From positions 73,779 to 137,778 of the forward strand of contig JAQTSY010000002.1 in assembly GCA_028711065.1 (NCBI GenBank): 64,000 nt of DNA, in the 5' to 3' direction. This DNA comes from Minisyncoccota bacterium (GTDB lineage Bacteria > Patescibacteriota > Minisyncoccia > Phycocordibacterales > JAQTLZ01). Shown piece by piece: positions 1-9,475 of this stretch; the first letter of the stretch is position 1, and each line of letters starts with the position of its first letter. The translations under genes and the position numbers were made by a program. The notes beneath the pieces are model-generated. The model was not told the origin of the DNA. It saw only the letters and a program-made list of their open reading frames with translations, and ran no database searches.

Positions 1-1122
1 GGAACACATGGAACATCGAATACAGCTTCGCAAACTGTGACGGTGTCTGGAGCGCCAACTCCTTCCGTCACTCTGAACGTCGGTGCCAATTCAGTAGCAT
101 ATGGAGGTTCAACATATCTCACCTGGTCATCTTCCAACGTCACCTCCTGTACTGGAACTGGAAATGGATTTAATGCATTAGGGGGAGCGACCGCGTACAG
201 TGCAACGAATGCTTCTACCGGCGCTCTCACAGCGACAACAGTATTCACCATCACTTGTACCGGATCATATGGAACAGCTACAGCTTCGAAGACGGTAACG
301 GTCACCGGTGCACCAACTCCTAGTGTGACCCTAAATGTCGGATCCAATTCAGTAGCTTACGGTGGCGCCACAACTTTGACTTGGAGTTCCTCAAATGTAA
401 CATCGTGTACCGGAACTGGATTTAACACTGGACTAGCAATTGCAAACTCAAATGTTTCTACTGGTGCGCTTACGGCAACCAAAACTTTTTCGATTGTTTG
501 TACAGGAACATACGGATCATCAAACACAGCTTCGCAGACGGTGACGGTGGCTGGTGCCCCGACCCCTAGTGTTACTCTAACCGTCGGATCAAATTCAGTA
601 GCGTACGGAGGTGCCACGACTCTCACGTGGACCTCTTCAAATGTTACGTCATGTACAGGCACCAACTTCAACACCGGATTGGCAATTGCAAACTCAAATG
701 TTTCTACCGGCGCTCTAACTGCAACCAAGACATACTCTATTGTCTGTACGGGATCGTATGGATCATCAAACACCGCTTCGCAGACGGTGACAGTGGCTGG
801 TCCTCCTCTTGCCTGCACCCTCACGTCAAGTATTTCGACTGGGCATATTACTGATACAGTCACCTTCACAATAAATCCGACAAACGGAACTGCACCATTC
901 ACTTACGCATGGAACATTAATGGTACTAATAGAAACGAGACAACTCAACAAATTGGAGTTGGTAATTGGGGGAGTGCGGGGACAAAAACTGTTACCGGGA
1001 CTGTCACTTCTGGCGGTCAAAGTGCATCGTGTTCTGAGTCGTATACAGTTCTTGCACTCGCTGATACCCAAAGCAGTGTTGCTTCAGTCCTTGAATCTTT
1101 CGGGCACTTCTTAGGATTCTAA
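1..1122 (+). CDS. Thr/Ser/Gly-rich repeat surface or secreted protein, 5'-truncated at window start; three tandem ~81-aa (243-nt) repeats (TPSVTLNVGxNSVAYGG...TWxSSNVTSCTGTG) plus a distinct C-terminal domain
   Basis: The frame is open from nt 1 and the listed ORF (37..1122) lies in the same frame. Internal 243-nt tandem repeats are visible at ~58-300, 301-543 and 544-786. A hairpin terminator follows at 1148-1180. Confidence 0.6.
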   Translation, partial: GTHGTSNTASQTVTVSGAPTPSVTLNVGANSVAYGGSTYLTWSSSNVTSCTGTGNGFNALGGATAYSATNASTGALTATTVFTITCTGSYGTATASKTVTVTGAPTPSVTLNVGSNSVAYGGATTLTWSSSNVTSCTGTGFNTGLAIANSNVSTGALTATKTFSIVCTGTYGSSNTASQTVTVAGAPTPSVTLTVGSNSVAYGGATTLTWTSSNVTSCTGTNFNTGLAIANSNVSTGALTATKTYSIVCTGSYGSSNTASQTVTVAGPPLACTLTSSISTGHITDTVTFTINPTNGTAPFTYAWNINGTNRNETTQQIGVGNWGSAGTKTVTGTVTSGGQSASCSESYTVLALADTQSSVASVLESFGHFLGF

Positions 1123-1185
1123 ACCTCTCTTCGAAGAGGATAGGGAAGCCCCCACTAAAGCTTTAGTGGGGGCTTTTACCTTGAA

Positions 1186-1213
1186 TTGACTTCTTTTCGG
1201 CATTTGTTATGAT
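1186..1213 (+). promoter_or_regulatory. sigma70-like promoter upstream of tuf (TTGACT-N16-TATGAT)
   Basis: Hexamers and spacing were read directly from the sequence, ~120 nt upstream of the tuf start. Confidence 0.4.
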
Positions 1214-1331
1214 GAGTGCCATCGCATTTTTCGTTTATTTTCCTGCACGATCTTTGATTTTGGGCAGAAAAAATAGGCGTGGCGTTTTGTTTCGTTGTTA
1301 AAAATTATTATTAATTTATTTAATAAAAACT

Positions 1332-2522
1332 ATGGCAGAATTTAATCGCTCGAAGCCTCACGTAAACGTCGGTACCATCGGTCACGTCGACCACGGGAAG
1401 ACAACTCTTACCGCGGCAATTCTTAACTCACTCCACCTCTCTGGTCAGACAGTGAAGTTGAAGAAAGTTGACGAAATTGACTCAGCGCCTGAAGAAAAGG
1501 CCCGAGGTATTACGATCGCCCTCTCTCACAACGAATACGAAACAGCAACTCGACACTACGCTCACATCGACGCTCCTGGACACGCCGACTATATTAAGAA
1601 CATGATCACCGGTGCCGCTCAAATGGACGGTGCTATTCTCGTTATCGCAGCTACTGACGGAGTTATGCCACAGACTCGCGAACACGTTCTCCTCGCAAAG
1701 CAGGTTGGAGTACCAAAGATCATCGTCTTCCTAAACAAAGTAGACATGGTTGATGACAAAGATCTCGTCGACCTCGTTGAAGAAGAGGTTCGAGAACTTC
1801 TCACAAAGCAAGGTTTCGATGGAAAAGGTGCTCCAGTTATTCGAGGTTCAGCTTTGAAAGCTCTTGAAGCAACTTCAAAGGATGATGAATGGGTAAAGAA
1901 AATTCTTGAACTCACAAACGCTCTCGATACCTACATCCCAGTTCCAAAGCGAGAAACAGACAAGCCATTTCTTATGCCTATTGAAGACATCTTCTCTATT
2001 GAAGGACGAGGTACTGTAGTGACCGGAAGAATTGAAAGAGGAATGGTAAAAGTTGGAGAAGAAGTTGAAATTGTCGGTATCAAGCCTACAGCAAAGACTG
2101 CTGTGACTGGAATTGAAATGTTCAACAAGCAACTCCAAGAAGGTATGGCTGGAGACAACGCTGGAATATTGCTCCGAGGTACTCGAAAGGAAGACGTGCA
2201 CCGAGGTCAGGTTATCGCAAAGCCAGGTTCAGTTACTCCTCACACAGAATTTACTTCAGAAGTGTACATCTTGAAGAAAGAGGAAGGAGGACGACATACT
2301 CCATTCTTCACTGGATATAAGCCACAATTCTACTTCCGAACAACAGACGTGACTGGAGAAGTAACTCTTCCAGAGAAAACAGAAATGGTTATGCCAGGAG
2401 ATACGATTACTTTCAAAGTGAAATTGGTTGCTCCGATTGCACTTGAAGATCAACAGCGATTTGCTATCCGAGAAGGAGGCAAGACTGTGGGTGCCGGAGT
2501 TGTAACGAAAGTTATCGCTTAA
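1332..2522 (+). CDS. tuf: elongation factor Tu
   Basis: 396 aa. [10 protein letters not shown] and DAPGHADY GTPase motifs are present, with full-length collinearity to EF-Tu. Confidence 0.97.
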   Translation: MAEFNRSKPHVNVGTIGHVDHGKTTLTAAILNSLHLSGQTVKLKKVDEIDSAPEEKARGITIALSHNEYETATRHYAHIDAPGHADYIKNMITGAAQMDGAILVIAATDGVMPQTREHVLLAKQVGVPKIIVFLNKVDMVDDKDLVDLVEEEVRELLTKQGFDGKGAPVIRGSALKALEATSKDDEWVKKILELTNALDTYIPVPKRETDKPFLMPIEDIFSIEGRGTVVTGRIERGMVKVGEEVEIVGIKPTAKTAVTGIEMFNKQLQEGMAGDNAGILLRGTRKEDVHRGQVIAKPGSVTPHTEFTSEVYILKKEEGGRHTPFFTGYKPQFYFRTTDVTGEVTLPEKTEMVMPGDTITFKVKLVAPIALEDQQRFAIREGGKTVGAGVVTKVIA

Positions 2523-2543
2523 CTTTTCCTCAATACTATTACT

Positions 2544-2945
2544 ATGGCTGTGAAAGAAACAACTGAAAAGAAGGCCCCTGCAAAGAGAGCGTCTGCGAAG
2601 AAAGCAGTCAAAGTATCTCCCGCTCCAAAAGATGGCGCAATCTCAAAATTGCGCATTCGAGTTCGAGCATACGAATATAAAATTCTTGATCTTTCGGTAA
2701 AGCAGATCATCGACACCGCTCTTCGCTACGATGCGAAAGTTGTCGGCCCTGTTCCGCTTCCAACAGAAATAAATAAATACACAGTCAATCGCTCTGCTTT
2801 CGTCTACAAAAATGCGCGAGAACAGTTCGAAATGCGAGTGCACAAGAGACTTATTGATATCTTGAATCCGTCAGGGAAAATCATCGAGGCTTTGACCAAC
2901 ATGAATCTCCCAAGTGGTGTAGATATCGACGTCAAAATCCTCTAA
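2544..2945 (+). CDS. rpsJ: 30S ribosomal protein S10 with a K/A-rich N-terminal extension
   Basis: The core RIRVRAYEYKILD...NLPSGVDIDVKIL matches S10. It is the first gene of an S10-operon order. Confidence 0.93.
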   Translation: MAVKETTEKKAPAKRASAKKAVKVSPAPKDGAISKLRIRVRAYEYKILDLSVKQIIDTALRYDAKVVGPVPLPTEINKYTVNRSAFVYKNAREQFEMRVHKRLIDILNPSGKIIEALTNMNLPSGVDIDVKIL

Positions 2946-3039
2946 ACAAAAAGAGGGAAGTAGAATAGCTTAAAATGGCTTTAAGCTTTACTTTTTGGTC
3001 TGTTTCTGTTAAGTTGAGTGAGATTTTTTTGCAAAAAAC

Positions 3040-3642
3040 ATGAAATTCGTCCTAGGACAAAAGGTAAATATGACGCAAGTCTTCGATGAAAACGGGGCTC
3101 TTCACCCTGGCACGATTATTTCCTGTGGTGCAAACGTCGTTACTCAAGTAAAGACAGACGAAAAAGATGGCTACAAAGCTGTGCAAATCGGCTACGGAAC
3201 TCGAAATCCAAAGAACGTAAATAAGGCTCAAAAAGGCCACACAAAAGAGCTTGGAAATTTCTCTAATTTCCGAGAATTTACAGGCGTTTCAGATCTTAAA
3301 GTCGGCGACACACTTAGCCCAGCACTTTTCAAAGTGGGGGAGAAGGTTGTTATCACTTCCGTTTCAAAAGGAAAAGGATTCCAGGGTGTTATCAAGCGAC
3401 ACGGTTTCGGCGGAGGACGACGAACACACGGACAGAAACACTCTGAACGAGAACCAGGTTCTATTGGAGGAGGACTTCGAACACGCGTTCCAAAAGGAAT
3501 GAGAATGGGAGGCAGAATGGGACAAGACACGATTACCTCAAAAGGTATGACTGTGCTTATGGTTGACGAAGCAAAACGAGAAATTATTATCGGCGGAGCG
3601 GTTCCAGGACGAAGAGGAACACTTGTCGAAATCAAAGGCTAA
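3040..3642 (+). CDS. rplC: 50S ribosomal protein L3
   Basis: The 200-aa product matches L3 and sits in operon position. Confidence 0.93.
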   Translation: MKFVLGQKVNMTQVFDENGALHPGTIISCGANVVTQVKTDEKDGYKAVQIGYGTRNPKNVNKAQKGHTKELGNFSNFREFTGVSDLKVGDTLSPALFKVGEKVVITSVSKGKGFQGVIKRHGFGGGRRTHGQKHSEREPGSIGGGLRTRVPKGMRMGGRMGQDTITSKGMTVLMVDEAKREIIIGGAVPGRRGTLVEIKG

Positions 3643-3643
3643 T

Positions 3644-4315
3644 ATGGAAGCAACAGTCTACAACCAAAGAGGTATGGAAACAGGGAAAGTAAAACTTCCC
3701 GAGGCAGTATTCGGCGTTCACTGGAATTCTGACTTGGTTCACCAAGTGACAACTTCGATGAAGACCAATGCTCGAAAGCCTGTTGCTCACACAAAGACTC
3801 GAGGAGAAGTGCGAGGAGGAGGCAAGAAGCCTTGGAGACAGAAAGGTACTGGCCGAGCTCGTCACGGTTCTACTCGTTCTCCAATCTGGGTTGGCGGAGG
3901 TGTTGCTCACGGTCCTCGAAATGATCAGAATTTCACTCGAAAAATCAATCGTTCAATGAAGGCGAAAGCTCTCTACACGATCCTTTCCCGAAAATTGAAA
4001 GACAAAGAAATCATCTTTGTTGATACTTTGAATATGGACAGCGGAAAAACAAAAGATGCAAAGGAGATCGTTATGAATCTCGGCAAGATCGCAGGCTTTG
4101 AAAAGCTTTCAACAAAACGAAAGAATGCCGCTTATATCACTCTTGGACATAAGGATGTTGCGGTAGAGCGAGGTTTCGGAAACTTTGGAAATGTCACTGT
4201 GGATGAACTTCGAAATATGAATCCAATGGACTTGATGCAGAATGCATATCTCATCATCACAGAACCAGAAAAGTCGTTCGAGTTTTTGGCTTCTAAGCTA
4301 CCAGCTAAAAGCTAA
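3644..4315 (+). CDS. rplD: 50S ribosomal protein L4
   Basis: The listed ORF 3563..4315 overlaps rplC. An ATG at 3644 lies immediately after the rplC stop and gives a typical ~224-aa L4 (MEATVYNQRG...). Confidence 0.88.
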   Translation: MEATVYNQRGMETGKVKLPEAVFGVHWNSDLVHQVTTSMKTNARKPVAHTKTRGEVRGGGKKPWRQKGTGRARHGSTRSPIWVGGGVAHGPRNDQNFTRKINRSMKAKALYTILSRKLKDKEIIFVDTLNMDSGKTKDAKEIVMNLGKIAGFEKLSTKRKNAAYITLGHKDVAVERGFGNFGNVTVDELRNMNPMDLMQNAYLIITEPEKSFEFLASKLPAKS

Positions 4316-4330
4316 CAGCTACAACCTACC
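4296..4330 (+). repeat. 5 x 7-nt tandem heptamer repeat AGCTAnn (copy 1 of 3), overlapping the rplD stop codon
   Basis: AGCTACC AGCTAAA AGCTAAC AGCTACA ACCTACC. Related copies are at 6326-6360 and 16335-16369. Confidence 0.7.
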
Positions 4331-4333
4331 CAA

Positions 4334-4705
4334 ATGGCTATTTTCGCTAAAAAAGAAGAGACAAAGAAGAAAGCAAAGGCTGTGAAAACAGAAGTTGCTG
4401 TTGTAAAAGCGCCTTCGACGAAGCCTCATGCTGACCTTTCTCATATCGTTCTCCATCCTCGAGTGACTGAAAAATCATCTCAAGAAGCAGAAAAGAATAT
4501 CTATGTGTTTTCCATTGCTCACTCTGCAACAAAGGCCACTGTCGCATCTTCGATAAAAGAAATGTACAAGGTTACACCTACGAAAGTAAACATTGTTTTC
4601 ACCCCTGCAAAAAAGGTGTTTGTCCGAGGGAAAGTGGGAATGAAAACACGAGTGAAGAAAGCGTATGTTTTCCTCAAAAAAGGCGACAAAATTGAATTTG
4701 TATAA
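4334..4705 (+). CDS. rplW: 50S ribosomal protein L23 (N-terminal K-rich extension)
   Basis: L23 core with operon position. Confidence 0.9.
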   Translation: MAIFAKKEETKKKAKAVKTEVAVVKAPSTKPHADLSHIVLHPRVTEKSSQEAEKNIYVFSIAHSATKATVASSIKEMYKVTPTKVNIVFTPAKKVFVRGKVGMKTRVKKAYVFLKKGDKIEFV

Positions 4706-4710
4706 AAATT

Positions 4711-5562
4711 ATGAAGACCTATAAACCAACAACAGCATCACGACGTGGAATGACCGGTATCAACTACCGAGAGTTCCTTACCGCGTCAGAGCCTTTGAAA
4801 TCGCTTACCTCGGGTTTTAAACGAGATGTTGGACGAAACAGCTTTGGCCGTTTGACTGTGCGCCACAAAGGAGGCGGACACAAGCGACTTTTCCGAGATG
4901 TTGATTTCCGATACAACAAAAAAGATGTTCCCGCGAAAGTGTTGACCATTGAATACGATCCAAACCGAACTGGTTTCATCGCTCTCGTGCAATATCAGGA
5001 TGGAGAGAAGCGCTATGTCCTCGCTCCAAAGAGTATGAAAGTTGGCGATTCATTTGTCGTCTCTGAAAAAGCTCCTGTAAAAATGGGGAATCGAATGCCT
5101 CTCAAGAAAATTCCAGTTGGTACTTTTGTATACAATGTTGAGCTCAAACCTGGAAACGGAGGCAAGCTTGGCCGTTCAGCAGGGAACTACATCGAAGTAG
5201 TAGCACAGGATGCCAACTATACTCATCTCAAAATGCCTTCGACAGAAATCCGAAGAGTGCACGAAGAGTGCTACGCATGCGTTGGTGAAGTTTCAAATGA
5301 TGAAAATCGTCTTGTGAATATCGGAAAAGCAGGACGTTCTCGATGGCTTGGTATCCGACCGACAGTGCGAGGTACGGCAATGAACCCAGTAGACCACCCA
5401 CACGGAGGAGGTGAAGGACGACAGGGACGAGGAAGCCGACGACAAAAGACTTCGTACGGAAAGCCGACAGGAAAAGGACAGAAATCCCGCCGAGCAAAAA
5501 AATATTCAAACATTTTCATCGTCTCTCGACGAAAGGTGGGGAAGGGGAAGAATAAGAAGTAA
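4711..5562 (+). CDS. rplB: 50S ribosomal protein L2
   Basis: 283 aa with the L2 signature GRNxxGxITxRHKGGGHKR and a C-terminal basic tail. Confidence 0.96.
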   Translation: MKTYKPTTASRRGMTGINYREFLTASEPLKSLTSGFKRDVGRNSFGRLTVRHKGGGHKRLFRDVDFRYNKKDVPAKVLTIEYDPNRTGFIALVQYQDGEKRYVLAPKSMKVGDSFVVSEKAPVKMGNRMPLKKIPVGTFVYNVELKPGNGGKLGRSAGNYIEVVAQDANYTHLKMPSTEIRRVHEECYACVGEVSNDENRLVNIGKAGRSRWLGIRPTVRGTAMNPVDHPHGGGEGRQGRGSRRQKTSYGKPTGKGQKSRRAKKYSNIFIVSRRKVGKGKNKK

Positions 5563-5813
5563 AAACCACTCGAAACAGTTTTTGAGAAACCCAGAAAACT
5601 GCCCCAGCGGGCAGTTTTCCTTGTGCTGGGCGCCGGCTGCTTTGTGGTATAGTTTTTGCCCGAAGCAAAAATTACACCACAAAGACCATGCCAGCCTGGC
5701 GTGCGCGGGTTTCTAAAAACTATTCCTCGCTTTCGTAGGAATTCTGATTAGTTGACAGAAGTATTTTCATATTATATAAGTATTAATAGTACCTGTGTGT
5801 CAAATCGTGCGAT

Positions 5814-6272
5814 TTGGCTTTAAAGTTTCGTTTCGGGAATTTCTGGGAGGACTTAGTCATGCCAATCGGTGCTTTGTTTTTGAGTTTCTGTGCGCTTGTG
5901 ATGCTTGTCATTGCTCCGTTTGGTTTCTATGCAGGATTTAAGAGACCAAAAGAGTGTACATTGCCACGTACCACTCTCGCATTGTCCCTCATTTGTCTGC
6001 CGTCGCTTTTGTGTGTTGGCTTCTATCTTGGAAGTTGGTATTATCCATCGCCACTAAGACCTGACCGAATCGAGTTTGGTTTAATCTATAAAATAGATGC
6101 GAGAGTGCCCGATGGTGACGGTACTCTCTATATTTTGTCTCAATCATCGGATCAGATGAAATTGTTGGTCCGTGATTCAGGCTCATTACCAGCAGGTTTG
6201 GCAGAGTGTTCCGTTGTTCGAGACTGGGAACATCAAGAGACCCATCTTAGTCTCGTCCCTTCGCCTCGATAA
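5814..6272 (+). CDS. hypothetical small membrane protein inserted between rplB and rpsS (alternative start at 5859)
   Basis: ORF with two predicted TM segments. It is followed by a strong terminator and a promoter. It is unusual for this conserved operon. Confidence 0.45.
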   Translation: MALKFRFGNFWEDLVMPIGALFLSFCALVMLVIAPFGFYAGFKRPKECTLPRTTLALSLICLPSLLCVGFYLGSWYYPSPLRPDRIEFGLIYKIDARVPDGDGTLYILSQSSDQMKLLVRDSGSLPAGLAECSVVRDWEHQETHLSLVPSPR

Positions 6273-6282
6273 GCAAAGCTAT

Positions 6283-6318
6283 ACCGCCCAGTGCTTGCGC
6301 ACTGGGCGGGTTTTTCTT
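6283..6318 (+). terminator. rho-independent terminator (CCGCCCAGTG...CACTGGGCGG + T-tract)
   Basis: Perfect 10-bp stem followed by TTTTTCTTTT. Confidence 0.7.
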
Positions 6319-6325
6319 TTGTTTA

Positions 6326-6360
6326 AGCTATAATCTAACAGCTACAAGCTACAAGCTGTC
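6326..6360 (+). repeat. 5 x 7-nt heptamer repeat AGCTAnn (copy 2), between a terminator and the rpsS promoter
   Basis: AGCTATA ATCTAAC AGCTACA AGCTACA AGCTGTC. Confidence 0.7.
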
Positions 6361-6365
6361 TCGCG

Positions 6366-6394
6366 TTGACACTTATAGGCCATTTTGCTAGTAT
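6366..6394 (+). promoter_or_regulatory. sigma70-like promoter TTGACA-N17-TAGTAT driving rpsS and the downstream r-protein genes
   Basis: Consensus -35, a 17-nt spacer and a -10 hexamer. A near-identical promoter and leader sits at 10631-10659. Confidence 0.6.
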
Positions 6395-6463
6395 CTTGCC
6401 AAGTTCTCTTGAGGGCTTTTTATTTTTCTGCTCACGGAAAAGCTCAAGTTTGCTTATTAAATC

Positions 6464-6805
6464 ATGACACGATCGCTCAAAAAAGGCCCTTATATTGACC
6501 CGAAACTCTTGAAAAAGATTGAAGGCAAAACTCCCCAGACAACTGGGCTTATTAAGACTTGGTCACGACGCTCACAGATCGCTCCCGAGATGGTAGGTTT
6601 CAAATTTGGCGTTCACAACGGCCGAGAGCATCTTGAAGTCTTGGTCTCTGAAGAAATGGTGGGACATCGACTCGGAGAGTTTTCACATACACGCAAATTC
6701 ATCCGACACGGAGGTAAGATGCAGAAAGAACTTGAAATGAAGAAGAAAGAGGCAGAAGTCGCTGCTGCTCAAGCTGCAAAGGGCTCTGCTGATACCAAGA
6801 AATAA
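6464..6805 (+). CDS. rpsS: 30S ribosomal protein S19 (C-terminal K/E/A-rich extension)
   Basis: [12 protein letters not shown]...HNGREH matches S19. Confidence 0.94.
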   Translation: MTRSLKKGPYIDPKLLKKIEGKTPQTTGLIKTWSRRSQIAPEMVGFKFGVHNGREHLEVLVSEEMVGHRLGEFSHTRKFIRHGGKMQKELEMKKKEAEVAAAQAAKGSADTKK

Positions 6806-6810
6806 TTTCC

Positions 6811-7197
6811 ATGAAAGCTTACCTATCAGATTACAGACAATCACCTCGAAAAGTTCGCCTTGTTGCGGATCTTATTAAAGGCAAGAGTGTTGTTGAGGCA
6901 CAGAGCCAGCTTTCATTTCTCCCAAAGAAGGCGAGTGAAGTGTTCGCAAAGCTTCTCGCATCTGCAGTTGCAAATGCAAAAAATACAAACGGATTCAAAG
7001 CTGAAGACCTTTTGGTAAAAGAAGTTCGAGTAGATACTGCACGAGTCTTGAAGCGTTCAATGCCTCGAGCTCGCGGTTCTGCTTTTCAGATTTTGAAACG
7101 AAATAGTCACGTATCCATCGCCCTTGCTGAAAGAGGAGCGGATATTGCAAAGGTAACAGCAAAAATCAAAAAAGAAAAAACGGCAGTTAAGAAATAA
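6811..7197 (+). CDS. rplV: 50S ribosomal protein L22
   Basis: Matches L22 and sits in operon order. Confidence 0.92.
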   Translation: MKAYLSDYRQSPRKVRLVADLIKGKSVVEAQSQLSFLPKKASEVFAKLLASAVANAKNTNGFKAEDLLVKEVRVDTARVLKRSMPRARGSAFQILKRNSHVSIALAERGADIAKVTAKIKKEKTAVKK

Positions 7198-7206
7198 TTT
7201 TCTATC

Positions 7207-7881
7207 ATGACCCACATTGTCCACCCATATTCACATAGACTTGGCATCATCAGAGACTGGAAGAGTCGATGGTTTAGCGATGGCAAAGGATACCGCGCTT
7301 CGCTCAAAGTGGATGTACTTTTGCGAGAATACTTGGCGGTCAAATTCCGAGGAATGTTCGTGAGCGGTGTTGATATCGAACGAAATCAAAAGACGATGCG
7401 AGTGATTATCAAGACTTCACGCCCTGGAGTACTCATTGGACGAAATGGCGAGGGGCAGGTAAAACTTCGAAATGATATTTTGAAACAATTCGCTCGATGG
7501 GGAGTGAAGACAAAGGAGGAATTGAAAATTGATGTTGTGGAGATCCGTTCTCCAGAATCAAATGCTGCTATTGTTGCGCAAATGGTTGCCGACTCTCTTG
7601 AAAAAAGAATGCCTTTCCGACGTGTTGCAAAACAGATCGTTGAGAAAGTTATGGCAAATCGAGATGTGCTCGGAGTAAAAGTGGGCCTTTCAGGACGACT
7701 TGGAGGAGCTGATATGGCACGACGAGAAAAGATAAAGAAAGGACGAATTCCGCTTCAGACATTCCGCGCTGATATTGATTTTGCACGAGAGAAAGCTCAC
7801 ATGAGTTACGGAGATATTGGAATCAAAGTTTGGATATACAAAGGAGAAGTTTTTTCCGATAAAAAGCCAGCTGCTAAATAA
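7207..7881 (+). CDS. rpsC: 30S ribosomal protein S3
   Basis: 224 aa with KH-domain S3 homology. Confidence 0.95.
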   Translation: MTHIVHPYSHRLGIIRDWKSRWFSDGKGYRASLKVDVLLREYLAVKFRGMFVSGVDIERNQKTMRVIIKTSRPGVLIGRNGEGQVKLRNDILKQFARWGVKTKEELKIDVVEIRSPESNAAIVAQMVADSLEKRMPFRRVAKQIVEKVMANRDVLGVKVGLSGRLGGADMARREKIKKGRIPLQTFRADIDFAREKAHMSYGDIGIKVWIYKGEVFSDKKPAAK

Positions 7882-7890
7882 TTTACTACC

Positions 7891-8307
7891 ATGCTTCTCC
7901 CTAAAAAAGTAAAACATCGAAAGTGGCAGACTATGCGCCGAAATATGAAGAAGGATCGCGTGGAGACACGAGGTACTACGATTGCTTTCGGTTCATACGG
8001 CATCAAATCTTTGAGCGCGATGCGAGTGCGTTCAAACCAGCTTGAAGCTGCTCGAAAGGTGATGTCACGACTTGTCGGTAAGACTGGAAAGATCTGGATT
8101 CGCGTTTTCCCTGATATGCCCTATACTGCCAAAGCTGCAGAAGTAGGTATGGGAGGCGGAAAAGGAGATCCACAGGGATACTGCGTACAGGTATATCCAG
8201 GACGAATCATTTTTGAAATTGACGGAGTTGACGATGCGACAGCGCGAGAGGCGCTCCGAAAGGCAGGTACAAAGCTTCCTTTGAAGACCGTAATCCTCAA
8301 ACGATAA
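7891..8307 (+). CDS. rplP: 50S ribosomal protein L16
   Basis: 138 aa matching L16. Confidence 0.95.
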   Translation: MLLPKKVKHRKWQTMRRNMKKDRVETRGTTIAFGSYGIKSLSAMRVRSNQLEAARKVMSRLVGKTGKIWIRVFPDMPYTAKAAEVGMGGGKGDPQGYCVQVYPGRIIFEIDGVDDATAREALRKAGTKLPLKTVILKR

Positions 8308-8312
8308 TTTTT

Positions 8313-8495
8313 ATGGCTGAAATCAAAGATACAAACGAAAAAGAATTGAACCGAATGCTCACTGAAAAACGAGCAGGTCTTCAGAAATTCCGATTTGGAG
8401 TTTCAGGAAGCAAGACAAAGAATGTTCGAGAGGGAAGAGTTTTGCGAAAAGATATCGCTCGAATTTTGACTCAACTCAACACAAAGACTAAATAA
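8313..8495 (+). CDS. rpmC: 50S ribosomal protein L29
   Basis: 60 aa matching L29. Confidence 0.88.
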   Translation: MAEIKDTNEKELNRMLTEKRAGLQKFRFGVSGSKTKNVREGRVLRKDIARILTQLNTKTK

Positions 8496-8500
8496 TTATC

Positions 8501-8773
8501 ATGGCCGAACAAGTAACCAAAACAGAAAAGAAAGCAGAAGGCCTGACCGGCCAGGGGAAACTCTTTACCGGCAAAGTGGCATCCAACAAGATGGCGAAGA
8601 CTGTCGTCGTCGAAGTGATGCGATATGTAAAGCACCCAAAGTATCAGAAATTCTTGAAAAAGATCAAACGATACAAGGCGCATGCAGAAGGAACTTACGA
8701 AGTTGGCCAGACAGTTACCATCCAGGAATGCCGACCAATGTCCAAAGACAAGTCATTCATCGTCATAAAATAA
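8501..8773 (+). CDS. rpsQ: 30S ribosomal protein S17
   Basis: 90 aa matching S17. Confidence 0.9.
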   Translation: MAEQVTKTEKKAEGLTGQGKLFTGKVASNKMAKTVVVEVMRYVKHPKYQKFLKKIKRYKAHAEGTYEVGQTVTIQECRPMSKDKSFIVIK

Positions 8774-8777
8774 TTGT

Positions 8778-9149
8778 ATGATTCAACCACGATCCATCGT
8801 CAAAATAACGGATAACTGCGGAGGAAAAATCGGCCGTATTTTCAAAGTGCTTGGTTCAAGCAAGAAGCGATACGCCCGCATCGGAGACATCGTGGTGCTT
8901 TCTGTGCAGACTGCAGAGCCTCGAAAGGGAGTGAAGAAGAAAGATGTGCTTCAGGCGGTAGTTGTGCGACAAGTACAGCCATTCCGACGAAAAGACGGTT
9001 CTTACATTCGATTTGATGAGAACGCAGTGGTCATAATCGAAAAGGGAAAGCAGGAGCCTATCGCAGGACGCGTCTTCGGCCCAATCCCTCGAGAAATTTC
9101 TGAAATGGGTTTTCAGACTATTGCATCACTCGCACCGGAAATCGTGTAA
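8778..9149 (+). CDS. rplN: 50S ribosomal protein L14
   Basis: 123 aa matching L14. Confidence 0.95.
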   Translation: MIQPRSIVKITDNCGGKIGRIFKVLGSSKKRYARIGDIVVLSVQTAEPRKGVKKKDVLQAVVVRQVQPFRRKDGSYIRFDENAVVIIEKGKQEPIAGRVFGPIPREISEMGFQTIASLAPEIV

Positions 9150-9160
9150 ATTTTAATACC

Positions 9161-9466
9161 ATGAATATCAAAAAAGGAGACAACGTAATAGTGATGACAG
9201 GAAAGGATAAAGGCAAGACCGGTACGGTTGTTCGCGCTTTTCCTAAACTTTCTACTTTGATCGTTGAAGGAATCAACAAGCACAAGAAACATCAGCGACC
9301 TCGAAAAGAAGGCGAGAAAGGACAGACTGTTGAAAAAAGTTTTCCAATGCATGCTTCAAACGTCATGATTGTTGACAAGAAGAGCGGAAAGGGAACACGA
9401 GTTGGTTCAAAAATGGTTGGTGAGAAAAAAGTACGAATCGCTCGAAAAAGCGGACAGGAAATTTAA
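9161..9466 (+). CDS. rplX: 50S ribosomal protein L24
   Basis: KOW-domain L24. Confidence 0.9.
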   Translation: MNIKKGDNVIVMTGKDKGKTGTVVRAFPKLSTLIVEGINKHKKHQRPRKEGEKGQTVEKSFPMHASNVMIVDKKSGKGTRVGSKMVGEKKVRIARKSGQEI

Positions 9467-9475
9467 ATCAAACAC

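Noticed and set aside
1482-2453. Multiple antisense ORFs inside tuf (and similar antisense ORFs inside rplC, rplB, rpsE, secY, recG, pilB and others)
   Set aside because: These are shadow ORFs opposite well-supported conserved genes.
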